NCBI GenBank assembly: GCA_023898525.1
Contig: CP060227.1
Span: 493,634-557,633 of the forward strand
DNA from: Candidatus Nomurabacteria bacterium
GTDB lineage: Bacteria; Patescibacteriota; Minisyncoccia; Phycocordibacterales; UBA918
DNA: 64,000 nucleotides
Reading direction: 5' to 3'
Positions within the stretch are counted from its first letter, which is position 1. Each line of letters begins with the position of its first letter. The position numbers and the translations under genes are program-made. The notes under the pieces are model-generated. The model was given only the letters and a program-made list of their open reading frames with translations, was not told the DNA's origin and searched no databases. This document shows, in pieces, positions 16,468 to 27,257 of this stretch.

Positions 16468-18385
16468 ATGGTAAATAGTATTTGGTCAAAAGGTCACTCT
16501 CTAAAGCTTATTAAGTTTTTATTATTTTACACAATCATATTTGGCACGATTTTAGCCTATCTATTCACTTCCCCCAACAAAGCGTTGGCGGCCGTAGATG
16601 ACCCCGCTTCTTATACGATAATTTCGTACGATTATATACTTGCCCTTGGTATTATTGTTGCCAATAGCGTCCCAGATATTTACCACAATGATACAGTCAC
16701 TATCCACTACGGAACGGATAGCAACATGAGCATCGTCCCTCCACCTGAGGTTAGTAATATTTTGGCTAAGATATACCATATAACCGATAGTGGACAACGT
16801 GAAGATCAATATACTTTTTTTTGGTGAAAAGCACATCTTTTCATACGTGCCACCTCCTTATATATGGAAAAAGTCTGGTAGGTATGAAGTAGATATTTAT
16901 GAAATGGTAGATAACGCCCCTTTGATTAAATCATACCTAACCACCATGCAATTTAATGTAGTCATAGATGGTGGACCAGCTCCAACCTGCACCTTGACTG
17001 CCACCCCAAGCACGATAGACCCAAACCAAGGTGAGACGGCCTTACTAGAATGGAGTAGTAACTACGCTTCAACTACAGTAATTGATCAAGACATTGGATC
17101 AGTTGCTACTTCCGGCTCCTTAGTTGTCTCTCCAAATGCCACCACCACCTACACCGCCAACTTTACCGGACAAAACGGAACCAGTTCCTGCAGAGTAACA
17201 GTAAATGTACCAAATCCGGTAATCATCCCGCTTCATGAGCAAGCTGCCGCGCTAGCGCGGCAGCTGGTAAACCACACCGAAGCCTACCTCTGGGGTGGTA
17301 AGGGTTGGGATTATGATCTAGGAGAATTCACTACTCCCGAACGCATCCTATCCGGCTACACTTACTTCAATCCCGACACCGGGAATAAAGATACTGGTAT
17401 AGGGGTAGATTGTTCCGGACTAATAACTTGGGCCTTTAATCGTAGCTATAATGCCATAGCTGGATTTAATAGTAATTTTATAAAGTATGTAAACGCTGAC
17501 GGTCTGTACCGAGACTACCAGTCAAGTCCAATAAACGAAGCCGAGCTGCGGCCCGGCGATACTCTTATTTTTGACTGGGAAGGAGATGGGTACATGGATC
17601 ACGTAGCCATGTATGTAGGTGATAGTGGTGGGTATGATGTGGTTAATGCGGGAAACCCAGCTGTTGGAATAATAGGCCGCACAAACAACATTTACAAACT
17701 TACAGCTGGTTTTGAAGGTTATAGACGAATCCACCAAGCTGATGCTGAGCTTACTATCAAAACCGGCTCACCGGTTGACCTGGAAATCACCGACCCGGAT
17801 GGCAATACCCTATCCGCCGCCAGCACCATCCCTTCCGACGAAGAATACATCAGAGAAATTCCCGGTGAGATGTATTATCTAGAACTGGAGCAAGGTCACG
17901 ATGGTCACCCCGAAGACATAGTACTCTCACCGATCGCTAAAGATGGGGCTTATACTATCAAAGTTATTCCCGAAGCCGGAGCCGCCTCGGCAGCCACTTA
18001 CTCTTTGACTGTGGAATTAAATGGTGTAGAGACAATAGTGGCCAACAATGAGACACTTGATACTATACCGACTGAAGGCTTTACTCTAAAGTTAGCCACT
18101 GGAAAAATTCTCGGCCTTGATTCGACCGTTAAGGTTTTACTTAGTGACCTATACCAATCAGTTAGTGATCTGAACCTAAACTCAACACAACGCCAGAAAA
18201 ACCTCCTCTCAACGATTGACTCCGCCATAAACTGGTTTGACAAAAACCGACCCGATCAAATAATCCGCAAACTCACGAAGTTGCAAAATGATGTTGATAG
18301 ACACATCGCCAATGAACTGACAGCTGAAGAATTGGCAAATATCACTAAGCAAATCGATGACCTTCTGTTATTATTACAAGCATGA
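16468..18385 (+). CDS. Secreted NlpC/P60-domain cell-wall hydrolase with C-terminal beta-rich domain; split by a frameshift in a T8 run (16815-16822)
   Basis: The signal/TM is in the 16468..16827 piece. The catalytic GVDCSGLITWAF (Cys) and DHVAMYVGD (His) are in the 16790..18385 piece. Deleting one T fuses the frames. Confidence 0.7.
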
Positions 18386-18966
18386 GATACTTTTTGGTTA
18401 TTATTGTACTTCTGACCGCTGGAGCTGGTTATTACTGGTGGACATCAGCTACTACCACTACCAATGAAGATGAAACCGACATAGTGTCAGCTACTACCAC
18501 TACCCAAACCCAAAATCCCAACCCAAAAACAGTAACAAAACTGGACCACCAGATCTACACCAATGATACGTGGGGAATTACATTTAATTACCCAAATGAC
18601 TGGGAAATTAGAGAACCTGCTTTTTTCAGCAAAGTTAGTAAGCTTAATTTAAGTGTAGATCCAGAAATCGGTAGAAAATATCCCGAGACCATACTAATCA
18701 ATATCACACCTAAAGAATGGATAGAAAACGCCATAGATAAAATGAAAAAAGATGGTATTGTTTTTACAGACGATAAAGTTGCTGATCTTGACGCGCTTCG
18801 ATTTGAATCTGCCTACGAAGGCATGCCACAGATTGATTATCTAATCTTAATAAACAATACCTACTGGATTGACATCTCCGGTAAAAAGGGGTACGAGACC
18901 GAACTTAACCAAGTTCTAGACTCACTAACAATAACCCCTGTCGAAATACCTTCGACCGTAGAATAA
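18382..18966 (+). CDS. Hypothetical secreted protein with Thr-rich low-complexity linker
   Basis: An N-terminal TM and a TTTNEDETDIVSATTTTQTQNPNPK linker. The ATGA start overlaps the preceding gene. Confidence 0.4.
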   Translation: MRYFLVIIVLLTAGAGYYWWTSATTTTNEDETDIVSATTTTQTQNPNPKTVTKLDHQIYTNDTWGITFNYPNDWEIREPAFFSKVSKLNLSVDPEIGRKYPETILINITPKEWIENAIDKMKKDGIVFTDDKVADLDALRFESAYEGMPQIDYLILINNTYWIDISGKKGYETELNQVLDSLTITPVEIPSTVE

Positions 18967-19047
18967 ACCTCGTCTTCACACCACCTCTTTACTTTTTGCT
19001 TTTTTGCGGTACCCTACTCCTCATATCGTTTTTTGAGAGGTGCAGCA

Positions 19048-19326
19048 ATGTCACAAACAGAAAGCAGTATAGTAATAAAAATAGGTACAAACGTCGTAAA
19101 AATTAACCAAGTTGGTGGAGGGAGTTGTCTTAAAATTTTATTTTATGCTGTCATAAAAACAGAGTGGCATAGTTATTACCTACACGACACAGGCGAACTT
19201 TTACCTAGAGCAGCGACTGGTGACCGCCACAATCCGATATTAAGCGGTTTTTACACAAACAAAGACGCCATAGCTAGGATGCTAAAAGAACCTAAACTAA
19301 GAAAAAAGATTAGGGGCTTGTGCTAA
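19048..19326 (+). CDS. Hypothetical small protein
   Basis: A GAGAGGTG RBS before ATG 19048; no motif. Confidence 0.3.
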   Translation: MSQTESSIVIKIGTNVVKINQVGGGSCLKILFYAVIKTEWHSYYLHDTGELLPRAATGDRHNPILSGFYTNKDAIARMLKEPKLRKKIRGLC

Positions 19327-19460
19327 AAAAGCCGCTTTAATTCTCAACCTGAAAAGTCGTCTTATAGACGGCTTTTGCTTTGTTTACACCAAAAATATTT
19401 TTAAATATTTAGTATTCCCTCTTTGGATATTTTCTGCTATCCTGTGAAGCACCATCCATT

Positions 19461-19535
19461 GCCCCCATAGTTCAATGGATAGAACAGGAGACTTCTAAGC
19501 TCTTGATGTGGGTTCGATTCCTGCTGGGGGCACCC
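19461..19535 (+). tRNA. tRNA-Arg (anticodon TCT)
   Basis: GCCCCCA/TGGGGGC acceptor. The anticodon loop CTTCTAA is identical to the bacterial tRNA-Arg(UCU) loop. The T loop is TTCGATT. Confidence 0.7.
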
Positions 19536-19598
19536 AATAGTGAGACCTACTGAGAGGGGTTAATACCCCACTAACCTCAGTAAGTCTAGCGAAACAAT

Positions 19599-19626
19599 AA
19601 ACCACCCAATCGGGTGGTTTATTGTT
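19599..19626. terminator. Bidirectional terminator AAACCACCC-AATC-GGGTGGTTT + ATTGTTTAT between convergent genes
   Basis: A 9-bp stem and a T-rich tail. Confidence 0.6.
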
Positions 19627-20180
19627 TATGCAATCGAATCAAAATGTTCTCGAACTGTTTTGCCTTGATATGTCCAATAAATCGTCCCTTGTACTGCTTT
19701 CCAATCCTTCCCAAACTGTTTCTTAAGCACATCTTTTGCGGCTGTCGAAAGTGAGGTTTCCTTACCTTTGAATTTTATCTTCCCGTTAGGCAACACTGTA
19801 GCAACTATGTTCTTATAGATTTCTCCATCAACAAAAAGAAGTTTGGCTCCGTCTGGAATGCTCGCTTGGGCAAACTTACTCTTTGACTCTTCTTCCTGTC
19901 GCACCTTGCCTTTATGCTCACGAATAAAATCACACACCCTCTCAGGGTGCTCCTCAATAAACTCTCGTCTTCGATTTAATCTTTTATCTGAAAAATGTTT
20001 TAGTACTTCTTGTTCTAGCAGTTCAGCATTCTCTATTGCAAAACTTTCATAAATTTGGAAACGAGTCGGTACTCCAGTTTTATTTAAATCGTTTAAGCGT
20101 CGTTCCAGGTTATCTGTAATACCTACCTTACAAAGGCTTGGCATGGAAATATTGGTAATGACATAAAGAATCGATTTCAT
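19626..20180 (-). CDS. T5orf172 / GIY-YIG-like domain protein (184 aa)
   Basis: The N-terminal ILYVITN..VGITDNLERRLNDLNKTGVP..F pattern matches T5orf172 (PF10544). Confidence 0.5.
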   Translation of the reverse strand: MKSILYVITNISMPSLCKVGITDNLERRLNDLNKTGVPTRFQIYESFAIENAELLEQEVLKHFSDKRLNRRREFIEEHPERVCDFIREHKGKVRQEEESKSKFAQASIPDGAKLLFVDGEIYKNIVATVLPNGKIKFKGKETSLSTAAKDVLKKQFGKDWKAVQGTIYWTYQGKTVREHFDSIA

Positions 20181-20252
20181 TAGTCGAAGTATAGCAGTTG
20201 GCTAAGATTGTGGAAATTTTACAAAATCACACATCTAATTGATGTGGTTTTA

Positions 20253-21404
20253 TTATTTTTGAGCTAAGTCGTTGAAAGTATCTGTAAGTTGCTGAATCAA
20301 GGTTGAATATATGAGACTAAAATCTGACCCTTCTGCAATACCGAGTCTTTCACAAACTGTTTTCAGTATTTCCTCATAATCATTCTTGCTCTGTGCATGG
20401 AGCAAACTCACCCTTAAGTCATATAGAACAAACAGAGAAGAAACGGTGCTATGAATATCTTTTTCTGGATACCTCAAACTAAAGCACATCTCCAGTTTCT
20501 TAAGGGTACCCAAATCAGCGGGGTCACCACCGAGTGTCACAATTGACCTCTTTAAATTTGTTGCGTGCAATGACTCTATGACTATCTTATTGAGCAAATC
20601 AATCACATCTTTCATTTCCTTTACACTATGAAAGACGGGAGTGTTCAATTCTTCAATAGAAACGAGGGTCTCTTCTTTTAAATTTTCGAACTCAAGACCA
20701 AATTCTTTAGTAGCAGCTTCTAAAAATTCAGCTCTGGCATTAAGTAGTGCATCTTCTGGAGAATGTTCAGTAAACTTCACTTCAATTTGGCCGTCATAAA
20801 ATTCACTACCTATATCATGATCTGATTCAACATTTTCTGACCTTAAATAATACTGTTCATTTCTAGGTAATGAAGCAACATCTCCCAACCACATAATTAA
20901 CTTCCCATTTCGGTTAATACCAAAAGAGATGTAAAACTCATCGCTGCCATATATCGTCCCATATGTTTTTGATGCTAGTCGTACTCTATAGTTTGGGTTA
21001 TTTTGAAATTTGATAAGAGCTTCTTTATTGAAAAATACAGGTGTTAAAAATCCAACATCATGTGGTCTTTCAAGACCAGGCAAAAGAAAATAATCATCAG
21101 GATCGTACAGAAAATCTATGTCAGTAAATTTAAATTCTTCCTGAATCTTATTTCTTGCCTGAGTAAACTCAGCAAGACCTGCCTTTGTAGCTCTTTGGTG
21201 CAAGTGAATCACACACGCACTACCATGTTCAGGTAGGCACCTAAAACCGCAGCTGGGACAAACCAGATACGGGAAGTTTTCGAGGTGAAAGTGTACACCT
21301 GTAACTGTTTCATCAAAGACGTCGTAGTCTAAAATCATCCAGTCACCACATTTATCGCAATATATGTCTCTTCTTTCTTCAAGAAAAAATTCATTTATCT
21401 CCAT
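20253..21404 (-). CDS. Hypothetical 383-aa protein with N-terminal C4 zinc ribbon (CDKCG...CPSCG); unknown function
   Basis: No recognisable catalytic motif. It lies 13 nt downstream of hsdR in the same orientation. Confidence 0.4.
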   Translation of the reverse strand: MEINEFFLEERRDIYCDKCGDWMILDYDVFDETVTGVHFHLENFPYLVCPSCGFRCLPEHGSACVIHLHQRATKAGLAEFTQARNKIQEEFKFTDIDFLYDPDDYFLLPGLERPHDVGFLTPVFFNKEALIKFQNNPNYRVRLASKTYGTIYGSDEFYISFGINRNGKLIMWLGDVASLPRNEQYYLRSENVESDHDIGSEFYDGQIEVKFTEHSPEDALLNARAEFLEAATKEFGLEFENLKEETLVSIEELNTPVFHSVKEMKDVIDLLNKIVIESLHATNLKRSIVTLGGDPADLGTLKKLEMCFSLRYPEKDIHSTVSSLFVLYDLRVSLLHAQSKNDYEEILKTVCERLGIAEGSDFSLIYSTLIQQLTDTFNDLAQK

Positions 21405-21416
21405 CTCAATAAAAGT

Positions 21417-24218
21417 CTACCACTCAAAGATATCTACAATATCTACAATCGCACCTTTAATGCGGTCAATGATTCCTTGTCGTTTAAGTACACTTGGTGT
21501 CTCTGGTAAAAGAGCAATAATGTCATCTCCTAAAGGAGTCCTCTGTGTATAGATATACTCGCCGATAAGATCTTGGAAGGATTCGAGGTTTATATGCTCA
21601 TCTTCTGCAACTTTCCGCAAAGCACTTGAGCGTTCACTGTCCCAGAACTTAGCAAATTCAGCTTCAACATCTTCTGAACGGCCAATCTGGGGAAGGTTCT
21701 CTTTTATAAACTTTTGTATAAGTTCTTTCTTCTTACGAAGTTGAATATCACGATCAAAGATCTTAAGGATTTCATCAGTCTTCTTAGCTCTAAGTGTGTC
21801 TGACGTAACATCCTTAAGCCCAGCGATTAGCTTGATAATGTAGTCAAAATTTACAATATCAGTCGCAACAAGCTCCAATTCAAAATCAATCTGATCTAGT
21901 ACGGACTCAAGTTGTTTGCTGTCCTTATTCTTTCGCTCCTCGTATACATCAAGATACTTACTTTGGTAATCGTAGAATTCTTGTTCAGTTATACCTAAGT
22001 CAGCGAAATCAAATTCAGCAAAGGTCTCAAGCGATGATTTAATACGAAGCAAATCACGGAAACTCTGAACAAATGACGCTTTTTCTTCCTCACTTTGAAT
22101 TTTATCCACGTCCTCAACATTTGGCACTTTCTCACGAAGCTCTTCCAGCTTCGCGCCAAACTCTTTCTTCTGTTCTTCGTATGGTTTCTTAAATACCACT
22201 TCTTTAGCGTTTTCATCACCAAAAAGTGCCAACGCTTTATCAGTATTCTTTTTCAGATTACGAAACGAGACAATATTACCGTGTGGCTTATCTGAGTTGA
22301 GGAGACGATTTGTACGTGAATAAGCTTGAACCAAACCATGATAGCGAAGATTCTTGTCGACATACAAAGTGTTAAGCCGAGGGCTATCAAAACCTGTCAA
22401 AAACATGTTTACAACCAAAACCAAATCTACCTCTTTATCTTTGATGCGTTGTTGAAGGTTTTTGTAGTAATCATAGAAGGTGTCAGTTGAATAATTAGTA
22501 CCAAACTCGCTGTTATATTCTTTTATACATCGCTCAAGGAAGTCTCGAGAATGTTCATTTATAGGAGCGTCGGTATCAGTAAACACATCTGCATCAAGCA
22601 TGTCTGAACTTTCATCTTCATTTGCCTGATAGGTAAAGATGGTGGCAATTTTGAAATCCTCGGGCTTCTTGGCTTTAAATAAATTGTAGTATTTCTTCAA
22701 CACTTCAATACTCGGAGTAGCAAAAATAGCATTAAACTTACCATTCTTAGTCTTTCGCTTCCAATCTTGCAAAATATACTCAGTGATTTTTTGGAGACGG
22801 TCATCTGACTCCAAAATCTCTTTAGTGTTAATGCCCTCAACTTCCATATCAGCAAAGATGTCCGCATCGAGTGTATCCTGTTCCTTTTGAGTATATTTAC
22901 CGACATATTCAACAGCAAAGCCGAGTACATTACCGTCAGAAATGGCGTTTGTAATGATGTACTTATGTAAACACTCTTCAAATACATCCACCGTGGTCAC
23001 ACCACCAACATTATTGTCCGCAAAGATTGGTGTACCCGTAAAGCCAAATAGTTGTGCCTTCTTGAAGAAATTCTTAATGCGAGCGTGAGTTTGTCCAAAC
23101 TGACTTCGGTGACATTCATCAAAAATAATAATCACCTTTTCATCAGCCAAGTCTGCAAACTGATTAAGATACCCCTCCCGACCAATAGCGATGTCTAGCT
23201 TTTGTATAGTGGTAACTATTAGTTTACGTGTGGGATCTTTAAGTTGGTCAACGAGAGTACGAGTACTACTTGTCCCATCTACTGACCCAGCGGAGAAGGA
23301 GTTGAATTCTTTTGTAGTCTGAATATCTAAGTCCTTACGATCAACCACGAAAAGTACTTTCTTAACTTCAGGGATATCTGAGAGTATCTGACTAGCTTTA
23401 AATGATGTTAACGTCTTACCTGAACCAGTTGTATGCCAGATATAGCCATTTTTAGATGATTCCTTTACTCGATTCACAATACGTCGTACTGCAAAGTATT
23501 GATATGGTCGAAGAATAAGCGGAATGTGAAGTGACTCAGCAAGCACGATGTATTCTGCGATCATCTGCGACACCGCGCACTTCTCAAGAAATACTGAAGC
23601 AAAGTCTTCCAAACGAGTAATCTTTTGATTATTTTCATCTGTCCAATAAAACGTCTGCTCGAAAGACTGCTTTGGATTGTTTGAGAAATACTTAGTGTTT
23701 ACTCCGTTTGAAATGACAAAAATTTGAATGTATTCAAAGAGGCTGCCAGCATATGAATGCTTGTGATATCGCTGGATCTGATTGAAGGCCTCTTTCAATT
23801 CCATCCCTCGACGCTTTAGTTCGACCTGCACCAGTGGCAAACCATTTACAAGCAGTGTCACATCGTAACGATTTTTATATGAACCGACTTGGGTGATCTG
23901 CTGAGCAACTTGGTACTCATTCTTGCACCACTGCGCCATGTTAAAGAAACGTACGTAGAATGTACTCTCATCATCACGCTTAAGCGCAAAACGGTCACGC
24001 AGTGTTTTTGCTTTTTCAAAGCGATCTCCCTTATTGAGATGATTGAGAATTTGTGAGAACTCATTATCAGAGAAAGTAACACCGTTAAACTTACCTAACT
24101 GAGAACGCAAATTAGTAACCATTGCATCACTATCAACCAGAACGACAGACTCAAAACCCAACCCTTGAAGTTGTTTCAGGAGTGTTTTTTCTAGTTCTTG
24201 TTCGGATTGATGAGTCAT
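21417..24218 (-). CDS. hsdR: Type I restriction enzyme R subunit
   Basis: Walker A WHTTGSGKTLT, DEAH-box IIFDECHRSQ; 933 aa. Confidence 0.9.
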   Translation of the reverse strand: MTHQSEQELEKTLLKQLQGLGFESVVLVDSDAMVTNLRSQLGKFNGVTFSDNEFSQILNHLNKGDRFEKAKTLRDRFALKRDDESTFYVRFFNMAQWCKNEYQVAQQITQVGSYKNRYDVTLLVNGLPLVQVELKRRGMELKEAFNQIQRYHKHSYAGSLFEYIQIFVISNGVNTKYFSNNPKQSFEQTFYWTDENNQKITRLEDFASVFLEKCAVSQMIAEYIVLAESLHIPLILRPYQYFAVRRIVNRVKESSKNGYIWHTTGSGKTLTSFKASQILSDIPEVKKVLFVVDRKDLDIQTTKEFNSFSAGSVDGTSSTRTLVDQLKDPTRKLIVTTIQKLDIAIGREGYLNQFADLADEKVIIIFDECHRSQFGQTHARIKNFFKKAQLFGFTGTPIFADNNVGGVTTVDVFEECLHKYIITNAISDGNVLGFAVEYVGKYTQKEQDTLDADIFADMEVEGINTKEILESDDRLQKITEYILQDWKRKTKNGKFNAIFATPSIEVLKKYYNLFKAKKPEDFKIATIFTYQANEDESSDMLDADVFTDTDAPINEHSRDFLERCIKEYNSEFGTNYSTDTFYDYYKNLQQRIKDKEVDLVLVVNMFLTGFDSPRLNTLYVDKNLRYHGLVQAYSRTNRLLNSDKPHGNIVSFRNLKKNTDKALALFGDENAKEVVFKKPYEEQKKEFGAKLEELREKVPNVEDVDKIQSEEEKASFVQSFRDLLRIKSSLETFAEFDFADLGITEQEFYDYQSKYLDVYEERKNKDSKQLESVLDQIDFELELVATDIVNFDYIIKLIAGLKDVTSDTLRAKKTDEILKIFDRDIQLRKKKELIQKFIKENLPQIGRSEDVEAEFAKFWDSERSSALRKVAEDEHINLESFQDLIGEYIYTQRTPLGDDIIALLPETPSVLKRQGIIDRIKGAIVDIVDIFEW

Positions 24219-24247
24219 AGACCTCTATATAACCTAATAATTAGAAA

Positions 24248-25390
24248 TTACACAAACATTTTCTGGAGAAGGCCTCTTTTCCAAGTCTCTGCTTTCTCGA
24301 TCTGCTTTGACTTAAATTCAATTAGTTCGTCAACAGATTTTAGGAAATTGCTAATTTCAAGCTGCTCATCCTTTGAAGTTGGCACTGTAACTTTAATTTC
24401 TTTAAGGTGCTTAAACTTTAGATTCCAAGTATCTGAAGTAAGACCCTGCGAATAACGGTAGAAATCAAACACCACTCTCGGTATCTTGAATAAATAGCCA
24501 AAAAAATTAGGATCGCCAGTCTTAGGAGCGACAACTGTATATGCTGGACTCACAATTCCTTCAAAGGCAGACACACCGGATGCCCCTTGCCACATCCTCA
24601 TTGTGTTATATGCAATATCATTTTTGCGGACTACTTTGTAATTTGATTTGTTACCACTAGAATTATTTTTCTTAACTGAATCATCGTATTTAGTTACGCC
24701 GTTTTTCATTGTGATCGAAAGCAAATCATAATTTTTATTACCCGCTCTTTCAGTTCTTTCTTCTATGATTTTACCAAGTCTTACTGTTTGCCAATCAGGA
24801 AAATTCTTTCCATTTTTATCTTTAAAACGTACTTCCTGTGTGAAGATTTTTAGCATAACTCCCTGCTTAAATTCTTCAAGTTTCTCCCTCTGGTATTTCA
24901 TTTTTTCAATAAGTGAATCGGCATTATTAAGAAAAACTTGAATCTTTTTTTGTTCACCTACAGAGGGTAGGAAGACCTTTATTTTTCCAATGGTACTTCT
25001 TGATAAACTTGGTACGCCAGATGCCTCGTTGTACTTCTTCCAATAGATATTCTGAAAAAGTCTATAAACGAATTTGGGGGTGACTTCTTTGAAGTCACTA
25101 GTATAAAAGAGAGTATCAACAGTCCAAAAACGACCGCTAAAATAAACTGGCTTATCAATAGTACCCTTGCGACCAATGAACACTGACTCACCATCATGAA
25201 GAGCTTCATCAACATAAGTCATAACCCCACCGGTACCAAAAACTGGCACATTACCTGCTTTGAGATGTTTATAATCTCTACCACTACATACTGTGAGTAT
25301 TTGAGCAATTCGTTTTTCTTGCCATGAGTCAGAAAATTGTGAAAATCGCAGTTCGGGCACTTTTTTCTGTTTTGTAGAAGATTCAGACAT
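24248..25390 (-). CDS. hsdS: Type I R-M specificity subunit (two target-recognition domains)
   Basis: 380 aa. Its TRD1 is homologous to the N-terminus of the second hsdS at 52674..53843. Confidence 0.8.
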   Translation of the reverse strand: MSESSTKQKKVPELRFSQFSDSWQEKRIAQILTVCSGRDYKHLKAGNVPVFGTGGVMTYVDEALHDGESVFIGRKGTIDKPVYFSGRFWTVDTLFYTSDFKEVTPKFVYRLFQNIYWKKYNEASGVPSLSRSTIGKIKVFLPSVGEQKKIQVFLNNADSLIEKMKYQREKLEEFKQGVMLKIFTQEVRFKDKNGKNFPDWQTVRLGKIIEERTERAGNKNYDLLSITMKNGVTKYDDSVKKNNSSGNKSNYKVVRKNDIAYNTMRMWQGASGVSAFEGIVSPAYTVVAPKTGDPNFFGYLFKIPRVVFDFYRYSQGLTSDTWNLKFKHLKEIKVTVPTSKDEQLEISNFLKSVDELIEFKSKQIEKAETWKRGLLQKMFV

Positions 25391-25392
25391 GA

Positions 25393-26961
25393 TTAAAACG
25401 GTATTTTTATTCCAAGTTCTTTACACGTTTCACTTATGACTTTCTCTAACTTAGTTTCGTTTATTTTCAAGTTCTTAAGCTCTGTTGCGACGGCATCCAC
25501 ATTAATTGAAACCTCCTCTTCGAATGTGTCTACATAGCGAGGAATGTTTAAGTTGAAGTCATTTTCTCTAATTTCTTCTAATGAGGCATTGTGTGAGTAT
25601 TTATCAATCTCCTTTCGGTGACGGTAGGTATCAAAAATTTTTTCAATATGTTCATCATCCAAGAAGTTTTGATTTTTACCCTTACGAGAATCTCTTGAAG
25701 CTTCAATAAAGAGAATCGTATCGTCTTCTTTTCTACACTTCTTAAATATGAGAATCGTTGCTGGAATGCCAGTACCATAGAAAAGATTTGCTGGTAGTCC
25801 GATAACAGCATCGAGATAATTGAGTTTTTCAATAATGTACTTACGAATATGACCTTCGGCTCCCGAGCGAAATAGTGCACCGTGTGGCAAAACAACAGTC
25901 ATCGTACCGTTATCAGATAGATGATGGAGCATGTGAGTAACAAACGCGTAGTCCGCAGCTCCTTTTGGGGCAAGTCTTCCGTATTGAGAAAATCGATCGT
26001 CTGCAGCAAGGGTCGGGTCAGTATCACCCTTCCACTTTGCCCCAAAAGGAGGATTGGCCACTACTGCTTCGGCCCTAAGATCTGGAAGTTTATCGTCCGT
26101 GAGAGTATTGCCGTTCTCAATATCAAATTTTGAATAGTGTACTCCATGCAAGATCATGTTCATGCGAGCAAGGTTATACGTAGTTGTGTTGTACTCCTGT
26201 CCATAGTAATGAGCAATTTCAGCATATTCTCCAAGGCGCAGAAGAAGTGAGCCAGAACCACACGTAGGGTCATAAACTGAGCGAAGTTTTTTCTTACCAT
26301 CAGTCACAATCATTGCCATGAGTCGTGAAACTTGAGCAGGAGTATAGAACTCACCCGCTTTCTTCCCAGCCCCCGCCGCAAACTGAGAAATGAGATACTC
26401 ATACGCATCACCCAGCACGTCGCTCTTTGCGTCTTCCAATCTAAAATCAATCTTTGAGAGATGTGAGAGAATCGCAACTACTCTCTCGTTTTTGATCTTT
26501 TCTGATGACCCGAGTCTTACTGAGGCAAGGTCTACATCTGCAAACAGACCTTTGAAGTCATCTTCGCTATCAGTACCAGAAGAAGTCTGCTCAATTGAGT
26601 TAAGTACTCCCTTAAGGTCTTCGAGTATGAACTTGTCGTCACCTCGTTCACCGTTGCCTTTCTTAACAACTTCCGCAAAAAGTTGATTTGGCAACAGGAA
26701 GAACCCAAGTTTTTCGAGTGAGTGTGTTTTGACCGCTTCAATGTACTCTTTATCTTTCTTTATATCTAAACCAGCAAAAGTGCGCTTGTCAGCTTTCAAA
26801 AGTTCCTCGTTAGCATATTTCTCAAGCTTTTCAGAAAGATATTTATAGAAAATGAAGCCAAGAATGTAATTCCTGTACTCATCAGCATTCATGCTACTTC
26901 TTAGCGTATCTGCCACCGCCCACAGTTGTTTCTCTAGAAGTCTTTTTTGTTCGTCTGACAT
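25393..26961 (-). CDS. hsdM: Type I R-M N6-adenine DNA methyltransferase subunit
   Basis: The NPPFG motif (VVANPPFGAKWKG) and an AdoMet motif in its N-terminal half. Confidence 0.9.
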   Translation of the reverse strand: MSDEQKRLLEKQLWAVADTLRSSMNADEYRNYILGFIFYKYLSEKLEKYANEELLKADKRTFAGLDIKKDKEYIEAVKTHSLEKLGFFLLPNQLFAEVVKKGNGERGDDKFILEDLKGVLNSIEQTSSGTDSEDDFKGLFADVDLASVRLGSSEKIKNERVVAILSHLSKIDFRLEDAKSDVLGDAYEYLISQFAAGAGKKAGEFYTPAQVSRLMAMIVTDGKKKLRSVYDPTCGSGSLLLRLGEYAEIAHYYGQEYNTTTYNLARMNMILHGVHYSKFDIENGNTLTDDKLPDLRAEAVVANPPFGAKWKGDTDPTLAADDRFSQYGRLAPKGAADYAFVTHMLHHLSDNGTMTVVLPHGALFRSGAEGHIRKYIIEKLNYLDAVIGLPANLFYGTGIPATILIFKKCRKEDDTILFIEASRDSRKGKNQNFLDDEHIEKIFDTYRHRKEIDKYSHNASLEEIRENDFNLNIPRYVDTFEEEVSINVDAVATELKNLKINETKLEKVISETCKELGIKIPF

Positions 26962-26968
26962 AAGCGGT

Positions 26969-27181
26969 TTATTTTAAAAGCTGATTAATACTTACTCCTA
27001 AAGCGTTGGCAATTTTTTCTACTGTATGAACCCTAGGGTCCGGTGTTATACCACGTTCGATCTTCGAAATCGTGTGGTAATCAAGACCAGTATCTCTCAC
27101 TAAATCGCTCTTTGAGCGACCTGATTTTTTCAATAACTCTTTAATATTTGCTCCAATTTTTGAATCAAGCTTCTCGTTCAT
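26969..27181 (-). CDS. Small XRE-family HTH protein
   Basis: LKKSGRSKSDLVRDTGLDYHTISKIERG. The start is taken at MNEKLDSK. Confidence 0.55.
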   Translation of the reverse strand: MNEKLDSKIGANIKELLKKSGRSKSDLVRDTGLDYHTISKIERGITPDPRVHTVEKIANALGVSINQLLK

Positions 27182-27257
27182 GTAAAAGTTTTGCTTAGCA
27201 TAATTATACCAATAGTGAGAGTAGTAAATTCGCATTGATGTGAACAAGAAAGTCATA

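Noticed and set aside
21417-26961. Many 60-105-aa ORFs on both strands inside hsdR, hsdS and hsdM (e.g. 21995..22222, 22095..22295, 25578..25895, 26390..26686)
   Set aside because: They are fully nested in long, motif-supported genes with no RBS or start context. They are frame artefacts.
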